Made by a program: the position numbers and the translations under genes. A stretch of 64,000 bases of DNA. Origin: Glaucostegus cemiculus. Lineage: Eukaryota. Shown here piece by piece: positions 63,186-64,000 of this stretch. Position 1 is the stretch's first letter, and every line of letters starts with the position of its first letter. The notes beneath the pieces are model-generated. The model did not search any database. It was not told the origin of the DNA and saw only the letters and a program-made list of their open reading frames with translations. Location of the stretch: NCBI GenBank assembly GCA_976551045.1, contig CDPCPM010000052.1, positions 4,154,001-4,218,000 on the forward strand, written 5' to 3'.

Positions 63186-64000
63186 ATCTGAATTCCTAAT
63201 CAGGGAAAATTACAGGGAATCTTCTCTCTAAACCCTTCTTTGCTTCAGTACTGAGGAAACCAAAAATTGGTTGGGTGATTGCAGTCATTAGAGGTGAACT
63301 GAGACTCCAGACATTGGCAATTTTAATCCTTTGTCCCAATCTCTCACTGACCTCAGCCCACCCCATTATCCCAGATGGTCTACAGAAGTTTGGAAAACAG
63401 GGCCTTGTCTTTCAGTTGGGCACTTGACAGCCTTCTGCACTTCACAATGGATTTAACAGTTCTGAATCATAACCAGACATTTGATGCCACCAATGAGCCC
63501 ACTGTTGCAAACTTCTGGCAACCGTAAACCCAGTTTTCAGTAGAAAGAATAGAGAAAATCCCCAAATTATTAGCCAGTCAAGAAACAAAGCCTTTTGCTA
63601 CTGAATCTAAACAGATAAAGAGAACCATCTTATTTTGCTATCCCAGCAGGTATCACCTGCAAATAAATACAAGTGATAAGGTGTCATATAAAAAACTGTT
63701 ACACAAGTTAAAAGCTTGAGGGATGCATGAAGAGAGGCTTGGTTTATGGATGGAATAGGAATAAACTGGTAACTTTCAGGTTAACATGGTAAGACCTCAT
63801 TTGGAATATTGTGTGCAGTTTTCGTTTTATGGCATCTCCTCATCAAAAAAAAATTATTGTAGTATCTCCTAGCCAAGGAGCATGATTCTGGGATGAGAAG
63901 GCCATTCTAGGAAGATCAAGTTAAGTGGACCTATGCTCCCTGCAGTTTTGAACAATAAACAATTTCAATGAAAGATACAAGACTTTAATCAGGTTGATAC

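Overview
AT-rich vertebrate genomic DNA. The repeat content (CR1, HE1/V-SINE, Rex1/Babar and Penelope-like fragments) suggests a cartilaginous fish, probably a ray or skate; this is inference. The window holds the 3' part of a single minus-strand gene, GAPVD1 (GAPex-5/RME-6 homologue, RasGAP plus VPS9 domains). I traced 24 coding exons from 62245 to the TGA stop at 6934. All have GT-AG boundaries and phase-compatible junctions, totalling 3423 nt (1140 aa plus stop). The 5' exons lie beyond the right edge. A repeat-free stretch of about 4.7 kb probably forms the 3' UTR, ending near an AATAAA at 2189-2194. Introns contain many 5'-truncated retroelements and one 178-nt assembly gap. The most interesting unannotated signals are: (i) about ten Penelope-type minimal hammerhead ribozyme motifs, one with a near-intact core just downstream of the putative poly(A) site; (ii) a candidate internal promoter and first exon that would give a VPS9-only GAPVD1 isoform; (iii) candidate microexons of 15 nt and 23+19 nt in the 11-kb intron; (iv) a CAG|GTAAGT recursive-splice-like site. 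All four are predictions from reading the sequence by eye and need RNA data. Repeat boundaries are approximate.
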